A stretch of DNA of 63,780 nt, filler included, from Octopus bimaculoides (Eukaryota), in NCBI RefSeq assembly GCF_001194135.2. It is 4 parts of 4 records of this genome, joined end to end, with 100 filler letters (N's around TTAATTAATTAA, not from the genome) between each part and the next. Parts side by side here need not be neighbours in the genome. Positions count along the whole stretch, not along the records: positions 28,599 to 39,270 come from NW_026328969.1; positions 39,371 to 58,962 come from NC_068983.1; 2 more parts are not named here. The stretch is one strand, 5' to 3'. Each line of letters begins with the position of its first letter. Position 1 is the first letter of the stretch. The notes under the pieces were generated by a model. The model saw nothing but the letters and a program-made list of their open reading frames with translations, had not been told where the DNA came from and ran no database searches. Of this stretch, positions 28,640 to 40,451 are shown one piece after another. The translations under genes were made by a program, and so were the position numbers.

Positions 28640-29880
28640 CACTTTTCACCATGCACTGTGCACACACATATACAGAAGAACATTCTTAGAAGATGACACA
28701 GGTAGTAACCATGATCAGGTCATGAACTTCAGAGTGTACTTGAAGAGAATAAATCAACTCAAGGACCTCACTAAGCTTAAAGACCCTGCTATCACTGAAG
28801 AATTTCAAGCAACACTTGATGGAAAATTTTCACCACTGCTCCTCCTTGAAGATAACCTTACGTGAGATTCTGGCAAAAAGCCATTGCACATCCAAACTAT
28901 GGGTTATAGACAAAATATTGGGCATGTGTTTCAAAAGGAGTGAATTAAAGAAGGATAAGAATACAAAAGAACAAAGAACAAAATATATGACATCAACAAG
29001 AAAATTAAGAAAAGAGTAATTGAAGCAGAACAAAGATGGGAAACTGAACAACAAAAGGATATTGAAGGTAGCCTGCTAGCAACAACACGAAAAAGCATTT
29101 CATTTAGTAAAAAAGTTCACCAAAAGAAATAAATAAGCCAACAGCAAATGCCATCATAAGCAAATATAGTAAAAAGCTTACAGAACAAAAAAAAAAAAGG
29201 AAAAGAAGAAGGAAACAGAAAGTTGGGCTACAGAGCTACCAGAGCAGTGGAGATCCAAGTGTGTTAGCATACAGGTGTCTTTGTATGGCAATGACTACCT
29301 AATCATGCAAGATGAAGTTAAAGCTGCAGAAAGGTTCCTGAAAGATGGAAAATCAATAGGAGTTGACAACATCCTAGCTGAACTGAAGAAGCACAGAAAA
29401 GAAACAACATTCTTATGGCAACCTTCAATAAAATATGGCATACTGGTGAATGGCTAACCCCATTGACTCAGTCACTGATCATAATGTTTCTCAAGAAAGG
29501 CAGAATTATCACACCATCTTGAAGATCAGCTATGTAAGCTAAGTAATGCTCAGAGATATTCGGAATAGACTAGGACCCAGGAAGAACATATAGCTGAGGA
29601 ACGAGAGGGCTTATGTAAAAGTAGCAGTACCACTGAGAATATCTTCAGCCTGTGTGTGAAATACCTCTAACAACAAAAAAAGGCTTTACTATGTCTTTGT
29701 AGATTTTAAAAAGGTGTTAGATAAGAGTTTGGCATGATGCTGTATGGTCCCTAATGAGAACATTCAACATGGGAACAGAAATTGACGCATTATTCAACAG
29801 CTAGGGCAGTGTTCATAAAAGAGTGGTTCAATAATACCATAGGAATCAATCAGGGCTGCCTTCTCTCATCCATTTCTTCC
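28640..29880 (+). mobile_element. Decayed RTE-clade LINE ORF2 fragment (linker plus reverse transcriptase N-terminal part)
   Basis: Across frames: EEFQATLDGKF, KDGKSIGVDNILAELKK, TQSLIIMFLKKG, STTENIFSL, YVFVDFKKVLDKVWHDAVW and GINQGCLLS. Confidence 0.85.
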
Positions 29881-31139
29881 TAGAGTAGATAATGAATTGA
29901 AGACTAAATCCTTTCTTGCTGCCAATTCTCATCTATTTCCAAACAAGTCTTCCCCATCATTAGACATGTTTCTTAGAGGTTAGAAACAAAGGACACCACT
30001 TGGATGGACTAGAAACAATACCTATTCGTAAGAGACAACTAGCAAATAGGTATTGTTTAAACCAGATAAACCAATCACAACTAGTAATCAGATAGTTATA
30101 TCAGACACAATGTACAACTGGCAGCTTAGTGACTAGTGTTTGTAAAATCAGACAAGAAGAATATTTAATACCATAGTTACTAGCTGTGGTTATGGACAAG
30201 AGACAGTAACTAGGAACTGTGGTGTAAACAAGATGGTAAGGCTAGTGAAAAAAGTGAAGACAGCTGAAGTCAAACAGAAGTAAATCCACATAATTTGACA
30301 TCAAAGACATTCTTTCCGCAGCAATATAGTAAATATAAGGATACTAGCATAGTATTCAGTGTAAAGATGAAAGAATGCTACAGCAAATGGCAGGATACAT
30401 CAAGAAAATTTAAGAACGTAGCAGTGGCGCAGTGACTTTGAGAGATACATTGTTATTTGTGGAAATTTTTACTATTATAAACCTAATCCATATATGTTAA
30501 AATAATTACGTGGAACTTCATTTACTTTCACTTTCATTTAAGGTAATAGCGACACCTTAAGAGTGCAGGCATGGCGAACTTTATTGTGTATGCATATCTT
30601 CACGAATAAATTGGTTCCCAATTTCTTGTCTAGTAAATCTGAAGCAGGGCAGAGGTTACCCATAATTTGCTTTCATTTTCTCATTTACATTATAGTGAAA
30701 ACTTAAGGGTGCATATATTAAGAACCCCGGTGTGTGTGCAATATGTCTTTCTCCATAAATTGATGCTCAGTTTCTTGATAGGTAAATCTGAAGTAGTATA
30801 AAGATTATTCAATAATTCAATACTTTAGTTTGCAGCTTGTGGAATCCTTATCTAACGAAAATGATGCAAAGCTTGTTTGCTGCAGGAGTTAAGCCATCAT
30901 CTCTGAATCACTTCCGACTCTCAACTATTCATAAGTCCAACATATTTCGAGACACAATTCTTAAATGTCACAATGCAGGCTAGCAATTCAATTCGTTGTA
31001 GATTAAACTGTCTGTGTACTCTACCGCTTTAAAAGATTGTTTACTTAAATTTTGTATTATTCACATATTACATCTAATGATATTGTTTACATAACATCTG
31101 ATATTAAATTTAGCAGCAACAGTAGAGCTCCAGATAGAA

Positions 31140-31310
31140 GGCCTTAACCGTATTTAGTAACATCCTTTTATTGCCCGAGTTAAAATCCCGCCGAAGTTGA
31201 CCTTGCCTTTCCTCCTTATGGGGGTCAATAAAATGAGTACCAGACTGGATTTATTTAATAGACTGTGTTGCGTTCCCTAAAATGTGTGGCCATGTCACAG
31301 TATATGAAAT
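31140..31310 (+). mobile_element. SINE family A (diverged); a further diverged minus copy at ~31640-31770
   Basis: gagttaaaatcccgccgaagttgaccttgcctttcctccttatggggtcaataaaatgagtaccag. Confidence 0.65.
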
Positions 31311-32459
31311 CATTACTGACATTAATAATTAAGTTTATACCATTAAAGTTACATAACAGAAATATAATTAAAACTAATGATAATGCCCTAAATATTTAAA
31401 AAGACTAAGCAAAAATATATTGCACGTCTGGGTTATAAACTAAAATAATAAAACAATTCAAGGGGATTTGAAAATTCAGAAAATATATTGGATTATCGAA
31501 ATGGAAAAGCAATGACATATAAGAGGATGGAAACCAGAGCACCTGATTGCGACATACCATTTAATATTGTGAGTGTCTTTTGTGATAACGTACAAGCCAC
31601 GTACACACAATAGCAATAATAATAATAATAATATTTTCTTACGTGGGCGCAAGGCCAGATATTTGGTGAGAGGGAACTGTCGAATATATAGACCCTAGAA
31701 TTTTACTGGTACTTTATTTTATCGAAACAGGTAGGATGAAAGACTAAGTAGTCCTCAGCAGGGTTTAATAATACATATACGTGATTACGAACACATTCAT
31801 TAAAGACAGAAAACTGCTTACAAAGAGAAAGGAATTATGTAAGGATTATCTCTCATAAATAATTTTAAATATTTCTAAATTATTTCAGAAACAATTAATA
31901 CCTAATTATGAATAGCAATCGTATTGATTAATAAAAAGATCTATATAAAACGGAGAAAAATCGACCAGATCCCTTAACAGAAAATATGCTAGCAACACAA
32001 TTATCAAACTATGTACAAGACAAATGCCGTATAGAAACAAACTTCGAGTTTTCACGAGACAATTTCAAATTTTTAACGAGTTCCTTTTTGAATTCAAATA
32101 ATGAAAAATAAAATTGGAATCATTTTTAATTTCAATTAAACGAAAACAAAATTGTACAGGAAAGGGAAGTAAAACTGTTCTTTAATCTATAAGAAATCTG
32201 ATTAAAAATAACTTCAGTGAACTTTCTTAAAGTTATAAACTTAATGATAGGCCAAAGCAATATAAAGAGTTTTTTTATTGATAGTCATGAATGTTTTCGG
32301 TTAAGTGGCTTCGGTAAAGAACCAAGAGGATTGCTTTAATTTGACTGTAATCCTTGTTAGAAGCAGGCGATAAACCAAAATGAAATGGGATAGGTTGTGC
32401 CATAGGAATGAAATCTAAATTGGAGGATTGCAAAAAGAGAAAGTAATGACAAAACTCAC

Positions 32460-32618
32460 TTCAGGAAGATTTGAACGACATGTGGGGCAGTAATTCTCCA
32501 TACATAAGACTCTCAGTCGTGTGGAGCACTTGTAGCAGATGGGATGATCGCAAACACCTACAGCAAAAATGGTTATCTCATCGCTGCAGACAACACAAAT
32601 ATTTTCTTCCCCTTCCAT
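32460..32618 (-). CDS. ZNF598: First recognisable coding exon of E3 ubiquitin ligase ZNF598 (Hel2 orthologue), N-terminal C3HC4 RING
   Basis: ATG at 32618 reads MEGEENICVVCSDEITIFAVGVCDHPICYKCSTRLRVLCMENYCPTCRSNLPE (53 codons), matching the ZNF598 RING pattern C-x2-C...CDHPxCxxCSTxxRVLC...YCxxCR. It ends at a canonical phase-0 donor GAA|gtgagt. The ORF-track start at 32624 is a TTG. Confidence 0.93.
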
Positions 32619-33025
32619 AGCCAACAGTTAATAAAACTGCCAAATCAATTTTTTAAAACAACTACTTTAATGCTGTTTTTGTAATAAAGAAACCTCGAAG
32701 CAGGCTGAAGTTTGTGCCAAACCGACACAAGCTAAAGAGGGAATAGTATGCCAAGTATGAATACTACATCATAACTATGCGAGTATTACGTGGCAACACA
32801 AACATTTCTCTTAAGGCGAAATCATCCGAATAAAATATTATTTTACTTTTTAAAATTACTTGTCTAGATGTAATTTCTATTTAGAAATAATCAATTTTCA
32901 ATACAATAAAAAAATTAATAAACAATTTTAACTTTGACGTACTGCGTCTCGGCTTGAGTTCTTAATTTATTGCACATAATTGTTGACGTCACAGTGTTTT
33001 GCGTAGTTATTGAAACAAATCCAAG
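32619..33025. promoter_or_regulatory. Putative shared (bidirectional) promoter and 5' UTR region between ZNF598 and synaptogyrin
   Basis: 407 bp between two divergent ATGs, with no transposon or microsatellite recognised in it. TSS positions cannot be seen from sequence. Confidence 0.7.
32984..32991. promoter_or_regulatory. Full palindromic CRE (TGACGTCA)
   Basis: Exact consensus 34 bp upstream of the synaptogyrin ATG. Related ACGT-core motifs at 32935-32942 (TGACGTAC) and 32786-32794 (TTACGTGGC). Confidence 0.45.
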
Positions 33026-33127
33026 ATGTCGAGTGGAGGTGCTTATGGTGCTGGCAAAGCTGGTGTTGCATTCGACCCTCTGGTATTCTTCCAACGGCCA
33101 CAGGTTATTATTCGGATAATTAGTTGG
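33026..33127 (+). CDS. SYNGR: First coding exon of synaptogyrin (MARVEL-domain synaptic vesicle protein)
   Basis: ATG at 33026 reads MSSGGAYGAGKAGVAFDPLVFFQRPQVIIRIISW (34 codons), matching the synaptogyrin N-terminal signature GGAYGAGKAGxAFDP...P..I.R..SW. Phase-0 donor TGG|gtatgt. Too short for the ORF track. Confidence 0.93.
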
Positions 33128-35646
33128 GTATGTGGTTGTGTTTTACTCTAATTTCCTCACACGATTACTTATTCTGTTTTCTTTACCAGTCGCCTCTGTC
33201 AAACCTTCTTTCCACCTCATACAATCTACCTAATGTTACCACCTAATCAGCTACACCTCGATCTATCAAAGATCAGTGGTCCAGATAGTTTATAATTAAC
33301 TGCTTACTATGGTTAATAGCTAAATTCCTTTTGTAAATTATGCATTTTTTCTCGTCTTTTATGTTGATCAATTGATTCTTCAGTCGATCACACTTTAATT
33401 TCATTTGGTCCGTTCTATTTTTTTTTTTTTTTTCTTGTTACAACAAAATTTTATCAACTGACTTTTATCTTTCTCTTACAAATATAATTTTTGTACAGAT
33501 GTTTCTTCTTTCCAAAATCATGTCTTGTGCCTAACTAAAATATTAGCTCCTTTTTATCATTAATTCTTTAAAAAACGAAACCATCTTTTATTGAATAGAA
33601 AGAGAAAGTAGCAGAGGCTCTCCTAATTATATATTCATTGAGACAAGAATCGAAGGACCAAAAATATATCCAGACATCTATTTCACTACTTAACGCTGTT
33701 GCATTCATTATTTCTTTCATTTACTGTTAACATACCTTGTTTACTATTAAAAAAGATAATTTTCGGTAACTATATTCATACCAAATCCAACATTAGATTC
33801 TACACAATCAAAACTTCGATTCCATTTAACCATTTATTTTCTGTTTATTTTTATCTGAAGCTATTTTATTGTCGAATTGACTATATTTACGTAATCTTAA
33901 TTTCTCGTGCGATTGGACACCTGCTTTTGTTCTATGAATTAATAAATTTCATTTAATTACTCATCTGAGTTTTCAGAATTTAGAAGCGTATTTTTTTCTT
34001 TAACTTTTACAAGCTCTAAAGACACATACACGCATTACTTCAAAGATCAAGTGGACCAGTATTGAAATAAAACTAAATGCGTGATGTAGTTTTGTTAAAT
34101 CACTAATTTATCATAGCATAGGTATCAAAATATCTTTATCATGGCAACAATAAAGAATGTGTGTCTGTGTGTGTCCTGCAAGGTTACACCATCCCAGCTT
34201 AGCTGTTGCTACACTTTCTAGTTTATTCCCACTGGTTGATATATTTTATCTTTTTAGTTGCAGATAGATGAAATTACAGTACATTTATTGTGAACTAAAA
34301 TGCTGTTGTCACTAATTACTATTCTATTTCTATTTTTTATCTTTGCCATACATCTACAGTTTTGACAGTCACCCTTACAGATTTTTTTTTTTTTGTCCTA
34401 TCGAAATCCCCCGATTTTATTTTTGTCTTTGATGTATGAGCAATCAGTATGCGACTATGCAAATTGTGGAATGTGGAAGTATTATAATGTTTTATTAGCC
34501 CAACCACCCACCTTTTGCAGCGGAGAAATCCTACTGTTTGCTCATGCTACTACTATTTAGTACAAGCAGCTACCGTCGCCGCCACCACCACCGCTGCTGC
34601 TGCTGTCGTACTTTCACTTTTGCTTCTCTGCCTGTTAATCGCTGCTGCTACAGCACAAACCTAAATTCCTCAACCGATCATTTTCCCATCTGTTCACCTT
34701 TCCAACTGGTGATCAGTGCAAATAGTAACAGTGTTAGGTATTTGTGTATGTATATATGATAGAAAGATGGAAGGATAGATAGATCCTGTGTGGGTGTAAT
34801 ACACACGCATATAAAGTCATAATGTAGCTTACTGGCCATGAAAAAAACGTAGAATGATTTAATGTCTGTTTTAGTTAGTGGTCATTGTTTCATAACCAAA
34901 TGTGTTTTTTATTTCGCTTCTAAAATTTTAGAACACTCCCAACACCCAGTCGAAGTAGGATGTTTAGTGGTAGCTGTGAATTTAATACGTCTAGTTTTAC
35001 ATTTTTTCTCTTCTTTTATTCTTTTTAAAATGTCATTTCCTCTATTATTGAGTACCAAGGAGATACTAGACATTTTAGAAATTATTAAATTGTTATATAT
35101 TTTATTACTGTGGCCCTTTCCATTTAATCAAATTGTCGGAGTTCCAATTCACTGAAAATTTTATTTCGCCGTTTTTTTGTTTTTTTTTTCCTATCGGTTT
35201 TTTTTTCTCCTATCATCGAATTTATGCATACTTATTATGTAATTGCTCGTCCCAAAGATTTCTCTCTCTCTCTCTCTCTCTCTGTGACACACACACACAC
35301 ACACACATACACACACTCACACGTCATTTCAGCCGTTCGATTTATTATAATCATTCCTCCCCTTCCTTTCTTCATTGAATAACCCACTTCCTTTGGTGTC
35401 TTCCTTATGCCTGATTACATTTCTGTTTATGATTTTATTATAGATTTCCAAATCCCAATATTGCTTTACGAATGTTTGATCTGAACGCATTTTCTGTTTC
35501 TCTGATGCGGGGCATAGTTGAATAATTACAATAATTAACAGTAATTACAACATATGAAGACTTCGGCTGTAGCGATTTTCCAAGTGGTGGAATTGTTAGT
35601 TACATGACTACTACATTGGGAAATACGAATAGACATATCCTTAATA

Positions 35647-35712
<66 letters not shown>

Positions 35713-36000
35713 CCACGTATATATTATATGCATATTAATATATGTGTATCAGTGTACTCATTTATGTTTTCTGATGTCAGATCAGTTCCAGAGTCTTTTC
35801 TTGTAACCTTGAAAAATCAATGTCGTATATTATATAGCCATACGAAACTAGATGTACATAGGCACGCATAATATATGTTATATAATTATAATACACGCAT
35901 CTATCTAGTGACATATATATATATATATATCGTGAATTATATATTAATACTAAAACAATATATATATATATTATCGTGAATTATATATTAATACTAAAAT

Positions 36001-36082
<82 letters not shown>

Positions 36083-36167
36083 AAATGCTTGTGTTCCAAT
36101 GTGTGTGTATGTATATATATTTGTATATACATATGTGTGTATGTGAATATTTCTAATATGGATGTGT

Positions 36168-36330
36168 ATCATCATTTAACGTTCGTCTTCCATGCTGGTA
36201 TTGGTTAGACGGTTCGACAATGTCTGATGAGTTAGAGGACTGCATCGTGCTCTGGAATTTGTTTTGGCATGGTTTCTATGGCAGAAGGCTCTTCCTAACG
36301 CCAACCACTTTACAGAATGTACAGGGTATG
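36168..36330 (-). mobile_element. 3' end of an RTE-type LINE or RTE-tailed SINE
   Basis: Forward catcatttaacgttcgtcttccatgctgg...ggcatggtttctatggcagaaggctcttcctaacgccaacc is the reverse complement of a typical RTE 3' UTR with (GAT)n tail. A tail-only copy lies at ~56470-56510. Confidence 0.6.
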
Positions 36331-37977
36331 AATTTGCTATGTAACCCATTAGACTAAAATATCCCCTTGACTGAGAGGGAGTATAGAAGAGAAGGAGGCA
36401 GCTATACACAAGATATTGATAATTAAAGAATGAAAGAGGAACAAAAACAATGTGGTTACCCCACGTTAAGGGTGGGCGGGAGTTATTGGGGGTGATGCCA
36501 GAAAGAGAGATAAAGATGGTGGTGATGAGGTATCAGCATACCCTCAAGGTACAGCAGGAATGAATAAAAGAGAGAGACTGGAGACAAGATCAGGATGGGT
36601 TGATGGTGAAAATTGTAAGAGTGTGGGAAAAGAGGGAGAAATAGTTAAGAGTGGAGGGGTGGTCATTAATAAATATGAATTGGGAGAGGTGGTAAGGAAG
36701 TGGGTCAGAGGAGAAGATGTTATGATTCACAATACTGAAAGAATGAAAAGCAGCAAAATAAAACTGTTGACAGGATCAGAATGAGATAGGGCGAGATAAG
36801 TGAAAGTGGGTGGGTAAAAGTTACAAGACTTGTGGTGGGGGAGAGACACACTAAGAGATCTATGCTGATAGGGGTGAAGCAGGGCAAAAGTACATAGAGG
36901 TGAATGTAACCAGAGGCAAACAAAAATGAGGGTTCTGGTTGACAGGACATAAGAATGAAGTATGGGTGTAAAGAGGGAAGGAGAGATATCTAATCACTTT
37001 ACAAAGGTGATCAATAGAGAATAAGATGAAAGGGACAGTATTAAGAGTGTTTTTTTTTTTTCTGTGTCTCATTAGTTGATCAATCGAGAATAAGAGGTGA
37101 GAGGGAGACAATATTAAGAGTGTGTATGTATTTTTGTGACTATGTATATCATCATCTTTTGGCATCTGTCATTCATGCTAGCATGAGTTGATCATCTTAT
37201 AGTTACATGTGTGTCTGGGTCAGATAACAGAAACATCTGGCTCAGTCATCTCCATCACCAAAGTTCATGCTGTTGTGTCAGCCATGTCACTTACCTTAGT
37301 GAGTAATGTTGTAAGGGAAGGAGTCAAAAGACCTAAATAGCTGTTTCGCTGCCTGATGAGATATCAACTGCAATCAGAGGAGAGTAGCAATATCTTCAGC
37401 ACACACGTGTTTACCCTAAAAATGTGTCTGCAACATGCATATGTATATTGTATATGAATACATGTAAATAAATATGCATATATATCTTGTATATAATAAA
37501 ATGGAAGATGTGTGTGTGTGTAGGCCTTTTTCTCGATCCTCCTTAAAATCAATATCTTTCTGAATTCGCACACGCTGGGAGCATACATCACTGATGTTCT
37601 AGAGATGGTCATAGACTCTTCAAATTTTCCACATAATGAGTAATGCCGCCCCTAGGGGACAAAAACTCCTATTCGATAAATAAAAAATTCCAACGATCGT
37701 TGCTTCAAGGGACATTACTCTTGATGGTGTAGCTATGCTACTTTAACTTCATCTTCTACTACAGTTTTTACTATGCACATTCACTGTAAACTGCCAGTAT
37801 TTGCACATTAGCGATTCCTTGTGGTAGCCATGCAATTTAAATCAACTTTCAATTAATTTTAAATGCCTTCAGACATTAGTCCATATTATATTCTCTGCTT
37901 CTACTCATACAAAGTTGTGACAATTATACAGTTTTTACAATGTCCATTCACTGCCAACTGCTGATATTTGCACATTA

Positions 37978-38570
37978 GCACAGAGCTGTCCTTGCACCTA
38001 CAAATGCTGGTGTAACCACTCTTAACTACAACCTACTCAGTAAGCTGCCTTCTTGAGAACGTTGTTACAGATCAGTTGACACTGTTATCAACCTCTATCA
38101 GGTTACATCCTTTTCAACAGAACTTCTCAACTCTCAACATCCTCCCCAAGAACTTCACTTAAAAGTCGGTTGCTCTGTCATCCTCCTATGCAATCTAAAC
38201 ACACCCACACTATGCAATGGAACTCACTTTGTGGTCAAACAAATGATGGGCCACGTCATTGAAGCCCAAATTATCACAAGAAATGGCAAAAACGATGCCA
38301 TTTTTGTTCCGAAAATTCCGCCAATCCCAGCAGACTGCCCCTACTGTACACGGAGATGTCAGTTCCCTCTCAAACTCAGCTTCATCATGATAACTAACAA
38401 AACCCCAGGTCAATCACTGAAAGTTGTCGGATTGTACCTTTGAAAGTCATGCTTTTCACATGGACAGTTCTATGTCGGTTGTTCCAGAGTTGGCCATCCA
38501 GATAACTTATTTACCTATGCTCCTGAAGGAAAAACGAAAAATGTCATTTACAAAGCAGCTCTACAGTAGT
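37978..38570 (+). mobile_element. Helitron Rep/Hel C-terminal PIF1-like helicase fragment (decayed)
   Basis: RAVLAPTN...ELHLKVGCSVILLCNLNTPTLCNGTHFVVKQMMGHVIEAQIITRNGKNDAIFVPKIP...RRCQFPLKLSFIMITNKTPGQSLKVVGLYL*KSCFSHGQFYVGCSRVG...KTKNVIYKAALQ*, the classic Helitron helicase C-terminus. Confidence 0.92.
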
Positions 38571-39270
38571 TACTCCTCTACTGTGATCTTCACATCTACG
38601 CCAAACTGTGGCCATTAGCAATCACTTCCTACAAGCATTTCATTGATATTTTGCTTCATTTCTGTGATTGCTGTTAGCAGAACATTACCTTCATTCATGC
38701 TGTTCATTTATAAGCATGCTCTGACATCTATTTATCTACATGCCATTATTCTATTTGTGTGTTTGCAATAAATGTTCGCTTTTGTTTATCATACATGACC
38801 TTCATTGAAAAATTCTTCAATGCAGCTATGTTGGGCATTATGAGTAAAATAACTACATGCTACAAAACACTTTAGGTAAGATATTGGATCCCTAATACCT
38901 ACTGCAATTCTGATCTCATTTCATAGACATTCATTTATTACTAACTTCCAAATAAGTGATCACAAAACTTCATTCATTACCTAGGGTGCTTAATACCATA
39001 TAATAAACTGCTAACGAAATTGGTAATTCCACATTTTATATTTATCAACTATGAATGACTACATATATAGATATATATATACATATGTGTGTATATATAT
39101 ATATATATAATATATATATTTATTTATTTATTTATTTATGGGTTTCAGCCAAGTGGCTGTGGTCATGCTAGAGCACCACCGTGACTTTCCGTCTTTATGC
39201 TGTGCTCTCTTCACGTTCACTGCATGGCTCTTCTCCTCCACCTGATATAGTCCAATCAAGTGTTTTGATG

Positions 39271-39370
39271 NNNNNNNNNNNNNNNNNNNNNNNNNNNNNN
39301 NNNNNNNNNNNNNNTTAATTAATTAANNNNNNNNNNNNNNNNNNNNNNNNNNNNNNNNNNNNNNNNNNNN
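39271..39370. other. Synthetic 100-bp scaffold join
   Basis: 44 N + TTAATTAATTAA (39315-39326) + 44 N. Confidence 0.92.
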
Positions 39371-39739
39371 GTGGTTAGGGCAGCGGACTCGCGGTTATAG
39401 GATCGCAGTTTCGATTCCCAAACCGGGCGTTGTGAGTGTTTATTGAGCGAAAACACCTAAAACTCCACGAGGCCCCGGCAGGGGATGGTGGCGAACCCTG
39501 CTGTACTCTTTCACCACAACTTTCTCTCACTCTTACTTCCTGTTTCTGTTGTACCTGTAATTCAAAGGGTCAGCCTTGTCATACTGTATCACGCTGAATA
39601 TCTTCGAGAACTACGTTAAGGGTACACGTGTCTGTGGAGTGCTCAGCCACTTGCACGTTAATTTCACGAGCAGGCTGTTCCGTTGATCGGATCAACTGGA
39701 ACCCTCGACGTCGTAAGCGACGGAGTGCCAACAACAACA
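39371..39739 (+). mobile_element. tRNA-derived SINE family C ending in (AAC)n; diverged minus copy at ~54258-54430
   Basis: Head gtggttagggcagcggactcgcgg...gtttcgattccc. Tail agcaggctgttccgttgatcggatcaactggaaccctcgacgtcgtaagcgacggagtgccaacaacaac. Confidence 0.8.
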
Positions 39740-40203
39740 TAATCTTCACATACATTCTTTGAAGATGGAACAATTTTAGCACTTTGTAATATCGAAAATA
39801 CATCCCATTGAATTAAACACTGCGCCATAAAAGAAATGGTGTAAACATTTCGATAATTACATATGCTAAGTGTCAGAGAATATCTACTCCTCTTTTCCTA
39901 GTTATTCCGAGAACCTCAGGCTATCCTGTTACTATTTTGTATAATGAAAGTTCAGGCAGAAATGTCAGTAAACACGTAGTCAATGATAATTTAGTTGAGT
40001 CGCATTTATTTATTTCAGTACAACTAACTATTCTAGTTTATATTCCGCCTTAATAACAGGCGTGGATGTTTCAGGTTTCGAAGACAAATATTTTTAGCTG
40101 AAATCCATTCTGAAGCCAGAGCAATATTTTCAATTCCACAATGATAAACCTCTTCATTTTTAATATTTCTTATTAAAACTGATATTTCAAATAGCATCTA
40201 AAG

Positions 40204-40451
40204 TAATGGTTCTCAACCGGGGTCCACATACCGGTTTCCATTTAAAATTTTGCTGTTGAAATTTATATGTAATAAAATGTTTATACAAATACACAAAATA
40301 TTTTCATTTTTTTATACAATTCCTATTAATATTTAATTATAAAAAATATAATAATAATAGGATTTTTTAAACATCGAATGGCTATGAGGGCTCATCCATG
40401 TAAAATGAGAAGCAAAGGGGTCCATAGGCAAAAAATGGTTGAGTATTACTA
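40204..40451. mobile_element. Degenerate hAT (Charlie-like) MITE
   Basis: Left taatggttctcaaccggggtcc, right ggggtccatagg...ggttgagtatta, resembling the CAGTGGTTCTCAACC terminus. Confidence 0.5.

Noticed and set aside
36222-36262. CTGATGAG motif
   Set aside because: Part of an RTE 3' end with no GAAA or stem III partner. Other isolated CTGATGA hits (2142, 37352, 55857) also lack the topology.
36400-37140. Purine-rich 700-bp stretch, possibly an eroded LINE on the minus strand
   Set aside because: No diagnostic motif recovered.
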